In this document: positions 51,050 through 60,216 of the stretch, in pieces
How positions within the stretch are numbered: the first letter of the stretch is position 1
How the letters are laid out: every line of letters starts with the position of its first letter
NCBI GenBank assembly: GCA_040772045.1
Contig: JAXGYV010000004.1
Span: 65,432-129,431 of the forward strand
Direction: 5' to 3'
Source of the DNA: Thermoleophilia bacterium
GTDB taxonomy: Bacteria > Actinomycetota > Thermoleophilia > UBA2241
Length of the DNA stretch: 64,000 nt
The notes under the pieces: generated by a model
Seen by the model: only the letters and a program-made list of their open reading frames with translations
The model's database searches: none
Told to the model about the DNA's origin: nothing
Position numbers and translations under genes: made by a program

Positions 51050-52279
51050 TCAGTCCGCGAGTCCGCCGGAGGTGCCTAGGCGCCGCTGGGCGGCGAGCAG
51101 CACGAGGGCGGCGAGCGCGGCGCAGGCGCCGCCGTAAACGAAGGTCGCCCAAGGGCCCACCGCAGACCACAAAGCGCCGCCCAGACTGTTGGCCGCGAGG
51201 CTGGCCAGACCGCTGGCGGTGTAGTACAGGCCGAGGCCCGAGCCGTGTTCCGCCGCCGGGATCGCGCGGCTGATGAGTGCCTTGCTAGTTCCCTCGGTAG
51301 CGGCGATGGCGATGCCGTACGAGGCGAAGAGGGCGAGGAGCGGCAGCCAGGAGTCCGCGGCGGCGAAGCCTGTGTAGACGATCGCGAACACGAGGTACCC
51401 GGCGAACACGAGCGGCAGTTGCCCGAGGCGATCAGAGAGGCTGCCGGCCGGCAGTGAGAAGGCCGAGTACGCCACGTTGTAGAGCACGTAGAGAAGGAGC
51501 ACGCCGGCTGCGCCGATGCCCAGGTGTTGCGCTTTGAGCAGAAGGAACATGTCGCTGGAGTTTCCCACGCCGAAGACGAGCGCGCTCACTAGCAGCCAGC
51601 GGAAGGCGGGCGATCGCGGTAGCCTGGGCCGCGGGACTCCGCGGGCCGGCTGCGCGCGGCGTTCCCGTACGGACCACAGGAGGACGCCGACGCTGATGAC
51701 GCCGGGCACTACAGCGGTGGCGAAGATCCAGCGCAGAGGGATCTGCAGTTTGATCAGCAGCAGGGCGATCAGCGGGCCGGCCACAGCGCCTAAGGTGTCC
51801 AGAGCGCGGTGCAGGCCGAAGGCCAGGCCGCGCTCCTCTGGACGGGTGCTGGCGGCGATGAGAGCGTCGCGTGGGGCACTCCGCATCCCCTTGCCGAGGC
51901 GGTCGACGAACCGTCCGAAGAGCGCGAGGGGCCAGGTGAAAGCCAGGGCGAGAAGCACCTTGCCGATGCTGGCTAACCCGTAGCCGCCCGCCGCGAATAC
52001 ACGGCGGCGGCCGGTGAAGTCGGACCATTGACCAAAGGGGTACTTCGTGATGCTGGCCGTGGCCTCGGCGATCCCTTCGATCACGCCGAGAGCCGCGGCT
52101 GGGGCACCGAGTACGGTGGTGACGAAGAGCGGGAACAGCGGGTAGACGATCTCCGAGCTGAAGTCGGCGAAGAAGCTGACGAGTCCGAGCGAACGGACAT
52201 TGGGGTCAAGGTGCCGTACCCGCGCCAGAGTGCTCGGCGGAGTCGCGTTTCGTTGGCCGGTCCCGGTGCTCACGCTCAC
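51050..52279 (-). CDS. MFS transporter
   Basis: 409 aa, 12 TM helices, MFS loop motifs. Confidence 0.8.
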   Translation of the reverse strand: MSVSTGTGQRNATPPSTLARVRHLDPNVRSLGLVSFFADFSSEIVYPLFPLFVTTVLGAPAAALGVIEGIAEATASITKYPFGQWSDFTGRRRVFAAGGYGLASIGKVLLALAFTWPLALFGRFVDRLGKGMRSAPRDALIAASTRPEERGLAFGLHRALDTLGAVAGPLIALLLIKLQIPLRWIFATAVVPGVISVGVLLWSVRERRAQPARGVPRPRLPRSPAFRWLLVSALVFGVGNSSDMFLLLKAQHLGIGAAGVLLLYVLYNVAYSAFSLPAGSLSDRLGQLPLVFAGYLVFAIVYTGFAAADSWLPLLALFASYGIAIAATEGTSKALISRAIPAAEHGSGLGLYYTASGLASLAANSLGGALWSAVGPWATFVYGGACAALAALVLLAAQRRLGTSGGLAD

Positions 52280-52379
52280 GGCGTCATGCTACTGTGAGCG
52301 TTCTCACACGCGAAACGGCGTCTGGCCAGGGTACCGCCGGGAGGGTGTGGGCCGCTCGCATGGGTGCGGCCGCGACCGT

Positions 52380-53030
52380 TCAGCGCAGGGTTTCGAGCAA
52401 CGCGTCGGCGAAGGCGGCCGCTGCGTCGGGGCCTTGGCCGGTAACGACGCGCCCATCCACGACTACCGGCTCGTCTTGCACGCGGGCATCGGCGCGCTTG
52501 AGTTCGTCTTGCTCCTCCTCCCACACCGTTGCCTCTACGCCCTCGAGCACGCCCGCCCGCGCGAGGATCACGGGGGCGAGGCAGATGGCCGCCACTACTT
52601 TGCCGCCGGCGGCGGCGTCGCGAGCCAGCGCCTGGAGGCTGGCGTCGGCGAAGTGCTCACGGATGCCGGGGCCGCCGATGAACACGACGGCGGCGTACTC
52701 GGCGACGGACGCGTCGGCCGCTCGAACATCGGCGCGCACGGCGACGTTGCCACTGCGCGCGTCGTCGCCCGAGGGAGTGGCCACGATCACTCGGAAGCCA
52801 CCGTTGAGGAGGGCGGCCCGCACTTCGCTGTATTCGAGTTGCTGGAACTCGTGGTCGGCAAGCACCACGAGCACCGCCGCTGCGTCGGCCGATGGACTCG
52901 CGGTGATCTCGGGGGAGGTACGCGAGCTTCCACACGCGGCAAGTACGAGAGGGGCCAGCAGCAGGAGGACGAACGCAGCTACGACGCACTTCCCTGGCAG
53001 GGTCTTCCACGACGTGTGCCCAGCGTGCAT
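52380..53030 (-). CDS. DJ-1/PfpI family lipoprotein
   Basis: Lipobox LVLAACGSS after a signal peptide. DJ-1/PfpI fold with the nucleophile-elbow Cys (AAICLAP). The start is assigned to the internal ATG (MHAGHTSW...). The track ORF extends to 53231. Confidence 0.65.
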   Translation of the reverse strand: MHAGHTSWKTLPGKCVVAAFVLLLLAPLVLAACGSSRTSPEITASPSADAAAVLVVLADHEFQQLEYSEVRAALLNGGFRVIVATPSGDDARSGNVAVRADVRAADASVAEYAAVVFIGGPGIREHFADASLQALARDAAAGGKVVAAICLAPVILARAGVLEGVEATVWEEEQDELKRADARVQDEPVVVDGRVVTGQGPDAAAAFADALLETLR

Positions 53031-53493
53031 CGCTCTTCGCTCCTCGCGAGGTGCTTCTCGGCGCCCTCTCTTGATCGTCTTCGCATCCCTTATAGCAGTG
53101 GGATGCCGTAGGCTCAAGAGGCGCCGGAGATGCGCGTCCGTCGGTTGCCCCCTGGTGCTCTCCGCCTGCGCATGCCGGGTGAGCGCGGGGCACGTGACCA
53201 CGGGAGGAATCGGCGCCACGTACGCGGACATTCCCGCGGCCGCGGGCCTGCCAGAGGGCGTGGGCGCGCTGTAAGCTGTGCGCGTGTCTTGGGGGAGGCA
53301 TCACCCGGCACCGGTGCCGGAACGGAGAAGCCTGCAGTCCAACGGAAGGGATGGCGGAGCTGGTGCGGAGACAGCGGACACAGCCGGTCTTGAGCGGTCC
53401 ACTCGCGCGAGCGACAGGGCCTCGTACACTCATGACGGGCGGAGCGACCGCGGCGGCGGGCGCCGACCGCCCTGTCGCTGAGGGCCGCACGCC

Positions 53494-54507
53494 ATGAGCA
53501 AAGCCAAGCTGAGCACGACGCCACGATCCGGGGTGGTCGGATCGTACAGTCGGCGCCGGCTGTTACTGGCGGACTCCTCCCTGTTCGCGGTCGCCGTCAT
53601 GTGGGGCTTCAACTTCGTCGTCATCAAAGACGCGCTTGGATTTCTCGACCCGATGCTCTACACGATGTTGCGCTACGCAGTGGGTTTCGCGCTGCTGGCG
53701 GGCCTCATGCCGCGGAGTCTCTTGGGAGCCTCACGGCACGACTGGATGTACGGCGGTGTGCTCGGTGTGATCTATCTGGCCGCCCTCGTCGTACAAACGT
53801 ACGCGCTGCAGTGGACTACGCCAGGCAAGTCGGGGTTCATCACCGGCCTCAACGTCGCCATGGTGCCGTTCCTCTTCTGGATCATCGCGCGGCGCTCGCC
53901 GGGCATGTTCCAGATCCTGGGTGCCATCGTGGCCACCGGAGGGCTCGGCGTGCTCTCTCTGCGCGGCAACCTCACGCTGAGCCTCGGCGACGGGCTCACG
54001 TTGATCGGCGCGTTGTGCTATGCCCTGCACATCACCGCCACTGGCTTCTTCGCGCCGAAGGTGCGACCGGCGACGCTGGCGGTGACACAGATCGCCGTGT
54101 CCTTCGCGCTCTGTCTCGTGATAACGCCGTTTGTGACCGATGTGCGGGTAGACTTGCCCGCGCGCGGATGGGCGGCGGTCGTGTGGACCGCGTTCAGCGG
54201 CACTGTGCTCGCCTTTGTGATCCAGTCATGGGCGCAGCGGCACACGAGCTCGACGCACGCCGCCGTGTTGCTGTGTCTCGAAAGCGTGTTCAGCGCCACA
54301 TTCGGCGTGCTCTTCGGCATGGACAGTATTACCTGGCGTCTCGTGACGGGTGCCGGCCTCATCCTCTCGGGTATCCTGGTCATCGAAGCGCTTCCGGCGA
54401 GGATGGATGGTCGTGCACGGATGGCTGCGAGCAAGGCCCGCGCGCTGCCGCCGGAGCGGGCCGAAGGAGGCGACGATGTCGACCACGCTGGTCGTTTACG
54501 AGAGTAA
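53494..54507 (+). CDS. EamA/DMT superfamily transporter
   Basis: 10 TM helices with a duplicated EamA pattern. Confidence 0.8.
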   Translation: MSKAKLSTTPRSGVVGSYSRRRLLLADSSLFAVAVMWGFNFVVIKDALGFLDPMLYTMLRYAVGFALLAGLMPRSLLGASRHDWMYGGVLGVIYLAALVVQTYALQWTTPGKSGFITGLNVAMVPFLFWIIARRSPGMFQILGAIVATGGLGVLSLRGNLTLSLGDGLTLIGALCYALHITATGFFAPKVRPATLAVTQIAVSFALCLVITPFVTDVRVDLPARGWAAVVWTAFSGTVLAFVIQSWAQRHTSSTHAAVLLCLESVFSATFGVLFGMDSITWRLVTGAGLILSGILVIEALPARMDGRARMAASKARALPPERAEGGDDVDHAGRLRE

Positions 54508-55498
54508 GTACGGGCTCACTGAACGGATGGCCCGCGACTTGGGCCGTGTGTTGGGCCCGGCCCGGGTGTGTCGCGCCACAGATCTCGCCAGCGTGGCCCC
54601 AGGAGCGGGCGTCTGCCACGAGGCCCTCACGGCAGCCACGTTCGTCGTCGTGGTCGCGCCTGTCTACAGACACCGCCCCGACCAGCGCATCATCGACTTC
54701 GTGATGGGGGCGCAGGAGTGGCTGCGCGCCCGGCGGGTCGCCTTGGTGTGCGTCGGTCTGGCGACGAGCGCCGGGGCGGTACGCACGTACCTGGAGCCGC
54801 TGAGCAGCGTTCTCGGCGCAAGCGTCGTGTGGACCGGCGGCCTCGGTGGTCGAGTGGCGCTCAGCTGGCTGGATACAGCGGATCGCCAGGAGATCGAGGC
54901 CTCGGGGGAGCTGCGTGGTCACCGGGGTCTCGATGACCTGGACTCCTTCTCGGCCGAGGCGCTCGCCGAGGCGGCGCTGGCGATCAAAGCGGTTCGCGAC
55001 CGGTATACGAACGCCATGCCGCCGGCTGAGCTCCGTCGCGTCATCGAGGACTTCCTCGTCGCGCACACCACCTGCACGTTGTGTACGGGAGCTGGCGAAC
55101 ACGTGCGCGCCACCCCTCTGGAGTACGCCTACCAAAGCGGTGTCCTGTACCTGGTGAGCGAAGGCGGGGAGAAGTTCGCTCACCTGCTGGTGAATCCGCG
55201 TGTCTCCGTGGCCGTCCACGACGACTTCTGCGGCATGGACAGGCTGGCCGGCCTGCAGATGCTCGGTGTGGCCGCGGTGCTGGACGACGCTGCGCCAGAG
55301 CGGGCGTCGGCGCTCGCGCTGCGCGGCCTCGACGAGGTTCGTCTGGCCGCCATGCCGTACGCGCTGAATCTGATTCGTGTGCGGATCGAGCGGGCGGAGT
55401 TCCTCTGGTCACGGTTTCGCGATCAGGGTTACGATCTGCGCCAGACGCTCGCGTTCTCCGCTGAGGGAGAATACGACGCCGCGACGCCGCGCGACTGA
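54476..55498 (+). CDS. flavodoxin-like domain fused to a pyridoxamine-5'-phosphate-oxidase-like FMN-binding domain
   Basis: N-terminus MSTTLVVYESKYGLTE is flavodoxin-like. C-terminal half has a PNPOx/general-stress-protein-26-like split barrel. ATG preceded by a GAAGGAGG RBS. The track ORF from 54350 overlaps the upstream transporter. Confidence 0.6.
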   Translation: MSTTLVVYESKYGLTERMARDLGRVLGPARVCRATDLASVAPGAGVCHEALTAATFVVVVAPVYRHRPDQRIIDFVMGAQEWLRARRVALVCVGLATSAGAVRTYLEPLSSVLGASVVWTGGLGGRVALSWLDTADRQEIEASGELRGHRGLDDLDSFSAEALAEAALAIKAVRDRYTNAMPPAELRRVIEDFLVAHTTCTLCTGAGEHVRATPLEYAYQSGVLYLVSEGGEKFAHLLVNPRVSVAVHDDFCGMDRLAGLQMLGVAAVLDDAAPERASALALRGLDEVRLAAMPYALNLIRVRIERAEFLWSRFRDQGYDLRQTLAFSAEGEYDAATPRD

Positions 55499-55565
55499 GC
55501 GAGCAGGTACACTACGGCGTGCGCTCTAGCGCGCGGCGCTTCACTATCGGAACGGGGCACAGGCG

Positions 55566-56789
55566 ATGAGCAAAAAACCATATGAAGACGTTCGCATAGA
55601 GGGCCATCTGATCGACTCCCTCATGCTGCCCAAAGTGTGGGACGGCATCATGGATCTGGAAGGCGAGTTCGAGGTGCTCTCCTTCGAGGTCGGCCGCACC
55701 AAGACCGAGAAGTCGAGCATCGTGCTCCGCGTGTTCGGCCGTACGAGGGCTCACCTGGATGAGATCCTCGAGGCGATCACGGAACACGGGATCGTCGCCG
55801 TCTCTCCGAGCGATGCCAAAGTTAGGCCGGCCCCGGCCGACGGCGTGTTCCCCGAGGGCTTCTACGCGACCACGCACATGGAAACCCACATTCGGCTCAG
55901 CGGCGAGTGGGTGGAGGTACGTAATCCGGAGATGGATTGCGGGGTGCTCGTTGATCGCAAGGCGGGCACCGCGGAGACCGTGCCCATGAACGATGTGTGC
56001 AAGGGCGAGATGTACGTGGTCGGACACACGGGCGTACGGGTCACCCCTCTCGAACGCACGCGCGAGAGCCAGCCTTTCGAGTTCATGGGCAGCGCCGTGA
56101 GCTCGGAGAAGCCCAAGGCGCTCATCATCCGCGAGGTGGCACGGTTGCTGGAGCGCGCCAAGGAGTCAGGTCGGCACATCATCGCGGTAGTTGGTCCTGC
56201 GGTGGTGCACACCGGTGCCGGCCCCCACTTGGCGCGGCTCATCGAGCGGGGGTACGTCACGGTGCTCTTCGGTGGGAACGCCGTGGCCACGCACGATGCG
56301 GAGGCCGCTCTGCTCGGGACGTCCCTGGGCATCTCCCTCAAGGAGGGGACGGCTATCCAGGGCGGCCACGAGCACCACCTGCGCGCTATCAACACCGTTC
56401 GTCGCTGTGGCAGCTTTGCCGCGGCGGTGGAGCAGGGCGTGCTCACGCAAGGCATCATGTACACCCTCGAGAAGACCGGCACGCCCTACGTGCTCGCCGG
56501 CTCCCTGCGAGACGACGGACCTATGCCAGGCGTCATCAGCGACATGATGCGGGCGCAGGCCGCTATGCGACCCTTCTGTCAGCAGGCCGGCGCTTGTCTG
56601 ATGCTCAGCAGCATGTTGCACTCCATCGCCACGGGGAACCTCCTCCCCGCCTCGGTGCACACGGTCTGCGTGGACATCAATCCGGCCGTAGTCACCAAGC
56701 TCGCCGACCGCGGCAGTTTCCAGGCGATCGGCATCGTCACCGACGTGGGCCTATTCCTCGAGCAGTTGGCGGACGTGCTGGGCTGCTAG
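55566..56789 (+). CDS. LOR/SDH conserved-domain protein (TIGR00300-type, archaeal-type ornithine cyclodeaminase-like)
   Basis: 407 aa with global similarity to the lysine-ketoglutarate reductase/saccharopine dehydrogenase conserved region family. Function inferred from the family only. Confidence 0.6.
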   Translation: MSKKPYEDVRIEGHLIDSLMLPKVWDGIMDLEGEFEVLSFEVGRTKTEKSSIVLRVFGRTRAHLDEILEAITEHGIVAVSPSDAKVRPAPADGVFPEGFYATTHMETHIRLSGEWVEVRNPEMDCGVLVDRKAGTAETVPMNDVCKGEMYVVGHTGVRVTPLERTRESQPFEFMGSAVSSEKPKALIIREVARLLERAKESGRHIIAVVGPAVVHTGAGPHLARLIERGYVTVLFGGNAVATHDAEAALLGTSLGISLKEGTAIQGGHEHHLRAINTVRRCGSFAAAVEQGVLTQGIMYTLEKTGTPYVLAGSLRDDGPMPGVISDMMRAQAAMRPFCQQAGACLMLSSMLHSIATGNLLPASVHTVCVDINPAVVTKLADRGSFQAIGIVTDVGLFLEQLADVLGC

Positions 56790-56942
56790 CGATCTCCGGC
56801 TAGCACGTGCCGGGCGGCAGCTGCGTGGTCTCTCGAACGGTGGGATGGTGGGGGTAGGGTTTCTCGGGGTATCCACCGGTGCGATGGTGACATAAGGTGG
56901 CCGGCAAGCTCGCAGAGAGGAAGAAGGACGGAGGAAACGACG

Positions 56943-58118
56943 ATGAAGCCGAGAGAGATCCGCCCGAATGTGTATTTGATCGGGGCTGTTGATTGGGATA
57001 GGCGTCTCTTCGATGCCCTCATCCCCCTCCCCCATGGGACCAGCTACAACGCCTACTTGGTCCGGGGGAGCCAAAAGACTGCCCTGCTGGACGCCGTGGA
57101 CCCCGCGAAGTGGCACGAGTTGGAGGCGCAGCTGGCCGAGCTACCGGCGCCCGACTACATCGTGGCTCACCACGGCGAGCAGGATCACTCCGGCGGCATC
57201 GTCAATGTTCTGCGGCGGTTTCCCCACGCCGTGGTGGTGACCAACGAGAAGTGCAAGGCCGAGCTGATCGACCATCTGCACATACCGGCCGAGCGCTTCC
57301 GGGTGGTGGCCGATGGAGAGTCGCTCAGCTTGGGCGACAAGACGCTCACCTTCGTCTTCACGCCATGGGTGCACTGGCCCGAGACCATGTGCACCTGGCT
57401 GGCGGAGGACAAACTCCTGTTCACCTGCGATTTCTTCGGCTCGCACCTGGCCACGAGCGATATGTATGCGGACGAGGCGCGGGTGGTGGAGCCGGCGAAA
57501 CGGTACTACGCCGAGATCATGATGCCGTTTGCGGCGCAGGTGGTCAAAAATGTCGAGAAGGTGGCGGAGCATCCGGTGCAGGTGATATGCCCCAGCCACG
57601 GTCCTCTGTACGACCGGCCAGCGTTCATCATGGACCTGTACCGGGACTGGGCTGGCGGCCCGCCGAAGAACGTGGTCACGCTGGCCTACGTGACCATGCA
57701 CGACAGCACGCGGTTGCTGGTCGATCACCTCACGGATGCTCTCGCCGCTCGTGGCATAGCCGTGGAGCGCTTCGAGCTCACCGGAGCCGATATCGGCGAG
57801 CTGGCCTGCTCGCTGGTCGACGCGGCCACGGTGGTCGTCGGTACTCCGACGGTACTCACCGGGCCTCACCCGCTGGCCGCCTACGCCGCGTTCCTCGTTA
57901 ATGCGCTGAAGCCCAAGGCCAAGCACGTGGCCGTGATTGGCTCGTATGGCTGGGCGGGCAAGGCGGTGGAACGCCTCGCCCAGCTGCTCCCCAACTTCAA
58001 GGGCGAGATACTAGACCCGGTGATGGTGAAAGGCATGCCTCGCGTGGAAGACTACACGACGCTCGACGCGCTCGCCGACGCGGTCGCGACGCGCCATCAG
58101 GGGCTCGCGCCCCGGTAA
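56943..58118 (+). CDS. flavodiiron protein (FprA-type: metallo-beta-lactamase-like diiron domain + flavodoxin domain)
   Basis: HxHxDH-type motif (AHHGEQDHSGG) in the N-terminal domain and a C-terminal flavodoxin-like domain. 391 aa. Confidence 0.85.
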   Translation: MKPREIRPNVYLIGAVDWDRRLFDALIPLPHGTSYNAYLVRGSQKTALLDAVDPAKWHELEAQLAELPAPDYIVAHHGEQDHSGGIVNVLRRFPHAVVVTNEKCKAELIDHLHIPAERFRVVADGESLSLGDKTLTFVFTPWVHWPETMCTWLAEDKLLFTCDFFGSHLATSDMYADEARVVEPAKRYYAEIMMPFAAQVVKNVEKVAEHPVQVICPSHGPLYDRPAFIMDLYRDWAGGPPKNVVTLAYVTMHDSTRLLVDHLTDALAARGIAVERFELTGADIGELACSLVDAATVVVGTPTVLTGPHPLAAYAAFLVNALKPKAKHVAVIGSYGWAGKAVERLAQLLPNFKGEILDPVMVKGMPRVEDYTTLDALADAVATRHQGLAPR

Positions 58119-58139
58119 GGGCCGCGGGGTGGACATGCC

Positions 58140-58973
58140 GTGTTAACCGTCGTCACGGGGCTCGCGGCAGCCCTTTCGTACGCTCTCAGCGACATGCTCG
58201 CGCAGCGCGTGAGTCGCATCATCGGCGCGGTGCGGCTGATGATCTGGGCTTTAGGCGTAGGCGTAGTTGTGGTCGTGCCGGTGGCCTTGGTGGTGGAGGG
58301 GCTCCCCGCGGACGCCGCGCAGTGGCGGGCGGCGGGCCTGGCCTGTGTGGCCGGCGTGGTCTACGTGGCCGGGTACTTCACGCTGCTCTCGGCCCTGCGC
58401 CGTGGCGACCTCTCCCTGGTGACCGCGCTGAGCTCCCTGCAGGGCGCGTTTGTGGCAGGTGCCGCGATCGCTGGCGGTGAGCCGGTCACGCCGCTGGTGG
58501 CGGCCGGGCTGGCCCTAGCCGTCGCCGGGGGCGTACTGGCCGCCACACAGGGACGGGCCAAGACTACGGCCGGCGCTGGTCTGGCGGTGGTCGCCGGCCT
58601 GCTGTTCGCCTTGTTCATCGTCCTCTACGACCGTGCCGCCGCGCTTCCGTGGCTCTCGCAGGCGGCGTTCGCCCGGCTCACCTCCTTCCTTACGCTGTTG
58701 CCGGTAGCGCTCGTTCAGCGCGGGTTGTGGATGAAACGTGCCCTACGCCCCGCCGCGACGGCGTCCGGGCTGCTGGAGGTAGGCGGGCTCGTGCTCCTGG
58801 CGGCGTCTGTGTCGCTGGGGCCGCTCGCCGTGGCCGGCGTGATGACGGCGCAGTATGCCACGTTCGCGCTGCTTCTCGGGCTCGCCGTCTTGAAGGAGAG
58901 GCCTCGGCCGCATCAGCTCGCCGGGGTGGCCTGTACCATCGCCTCGGTTACGATCCTCTCATCGCTCGGGTAG
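58140..58973 (+). CDS. EamA/DMT-like transporter
   Basis: 277 aa, ~9-10 TM helices, Gly/Ala-rich helices of the EamA type. Confidence 0.65.
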   Translation: MLTVVTGLAAALSYALSDMLAQRVSRIIGAVRLMIWALGVGVVVVVPVALVVEGLPADAAQWRAAGLACVAGVVYVAGYFTLLSALRRGDLSLVTALSSLQGAFVAGAAIAGGEPVTPLVAAGLALAVAGGVLAATQGRAKTTAGAGLAVVAGLLFALFIVLYDRAAALPWLSQAAFARLTSFLTLLPVALVQRGLWMKRALRPAATASGLLEVGGLVLLAASVSLGPLAVAGVMTAQYATFALLLGLAVLKERPRPHQLAGVACTIASVTILSSLG

Positions 58974-58987
58974 AGGCGCCGCCGCCG

Positions 58988-60049
58988 TTAGAGGCGGGCA
59001 GCGGGCGGTGAGCACAGAGCGAGCAGGTCGGCGAACACGGCGTACGCGGTCTGGGGGAGCAGCCCCGCCATTTCGGCGACCGCTACTCGACCCATGAGGT
59101 CGGTGTGCAGTACGAGGCCAAGCGAGCTGCCCTTCACCGGCGCCAGCGGATGATCCAGCGGGATCTCGGTGAGGCGCACGGCGGCGCCGACCGACCCGTC
59201 CTCCTGCCGTTGGGCGCTGCAGAGGACGCAGAGTCGGTGCCCATTGGACCGTGCTGCGTTCACACGCTCCGGTGTAAGGCCGGCGATGCTCTCGCGTGGG
59301 ATGTCGGCTGGCGTGATATTGGCGCGCATGGCCACGTTCGCCAGCGCCGCGGTCTTGCAGGCGGCATCGAGGCCGTCGATGTCGTGTGACGGGTCGGCCT
59401 CGGCGTAGCCCTCAGCCTGCACTTGGGCGAGGGCCTCGGCGAAGGTCCGGCCCTCGCCCACAGCCTCGATGATGAAGTTGGTCGTCGCGTTGAAGATGGC
59501 TTCGAACCCGGCGATCTCGCACGCGCGCAGGCAGCTCTCGATCAGGCTGAAGACCGGCATGCCGTCGGCCACGGTGCCTTCGAAGCGCCAGCGCCGGCCG
59601 AGCGATTCGGCCAGCGCCTGGAGGTGCTGATACCGCCAGGCGACGGGACCCTTGTTCACGGTGATCACATCCATGCCCAAGCGAAATGCCCGCTCGATGT
59701 GGTCGGTCGCCAGGGGAGCGCCGTCGTCCTCCATGACGGTAGCCTCCACGAGTACGTCGACACCCGATCGCTCGAGGAGCTCGGAGGCGGGCAGAGGGTG
59801 TGCGTGGAGCTTGAGCCCCGCCGCCTCAGCCGGCGTGACGCCGGTCGGGTGCAGGAAACTGCCGTGCCGTGTACCCGCGGCGGCGATCAGTACGCGCAGC
59901 CCCTCGGCCGTCAGACGGTCTTCGTGATCGGCGGCCAGGCGGCAGAACGCTCGCGCGACGTTCCCGAAGCCGAGGAGGCACAGCTTGACCGTGCGGGGGC
60001 GCGCGGGCTCCGGCGACGGCGTCTGAGGCACTGGTGGCACGATCGTCAT
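58988..60049 (-). CDS. hom: homoserine dehydrogenase (no ACT domain)
   Basis: NAD-binding LLGFGNVA and the catalytic-domain motif region (TNFIIEAVGEGRTFAEAL...GYAEADP). The start is assigned to the internal ATG (MTIVPP...). The track ORF extends to 60127. Confidence 0.75.
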   Translation of the reverse strand: MTIVPPVPQTPSPEPARPRTVKLCLLGFGNVARAFCRLAADHEDRLTAEGLRVLIAAAGTRHGSFLHPTGVTPAEAAGLKLHAHPLPASELLERSGVDVLVEATVMEDDGAPLATDHIERAFRLGMDVITVNKGPVAWRYQHLQALAESLGRRWRFEGTVADGMPVFSLIESCLRACEIAGFEAIFNATTNFIIEAVGEGRTFAEALAQVQAEGYAEADPSHDIDGLDAACKTAALANVAMRANITPADIPRESIAGLTPERVNAARSNGHRLCVLCSAQRQEDGSVGAAVRLTEIPLDHPLAPVKGSSLGLVLHTDLMGRVAVAEMAGLLPQTAYAVFADLLALCSPPAARL

Positions 60050-60216
60050 GGGCGGGGCTCCGGTTCGAGGGATGTGACACGCGCTGGCGCGGCGAGCACC
60101 ATGCTCACTTCTTACTGTGGCCCTCATGCTCTGTCAACCGAGTGGACACGTTGCGGCGGGAGCGGACGCACATCGGTAGCCGCCGCAAACGAGCGGCAGC
60201 GTGGCAGAATAGGCAC

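Noticed and set aside
53031-53231. N-terminal 67-codon extension of the DJ-1/PfpI ORF
   Set aside because: The lipoprotein signal peptide and lipobox (LVLAACGSS) only make sense if translation starts at the internal ATG (MHAGHTSW...). The extension would place the signal peptide ~70 residues into the protein.
53300-53493. cobalamin riboswitch upstream of the EamA transporter
   Set aside because: Only scattered short matches (GGAAGGG, GGTG, CCACTCG). No coherent B12-box or P-stem arrangement, and no B12-related downstream gene.
54350-54475. 5' extension of the flavodoxin-PNPOx ORF
   Set aside because: It overlaps the 3' end of the EamA transporter gene. A strong RBS precedes the ATG at 54476, where flavodoxin-like homology starts.
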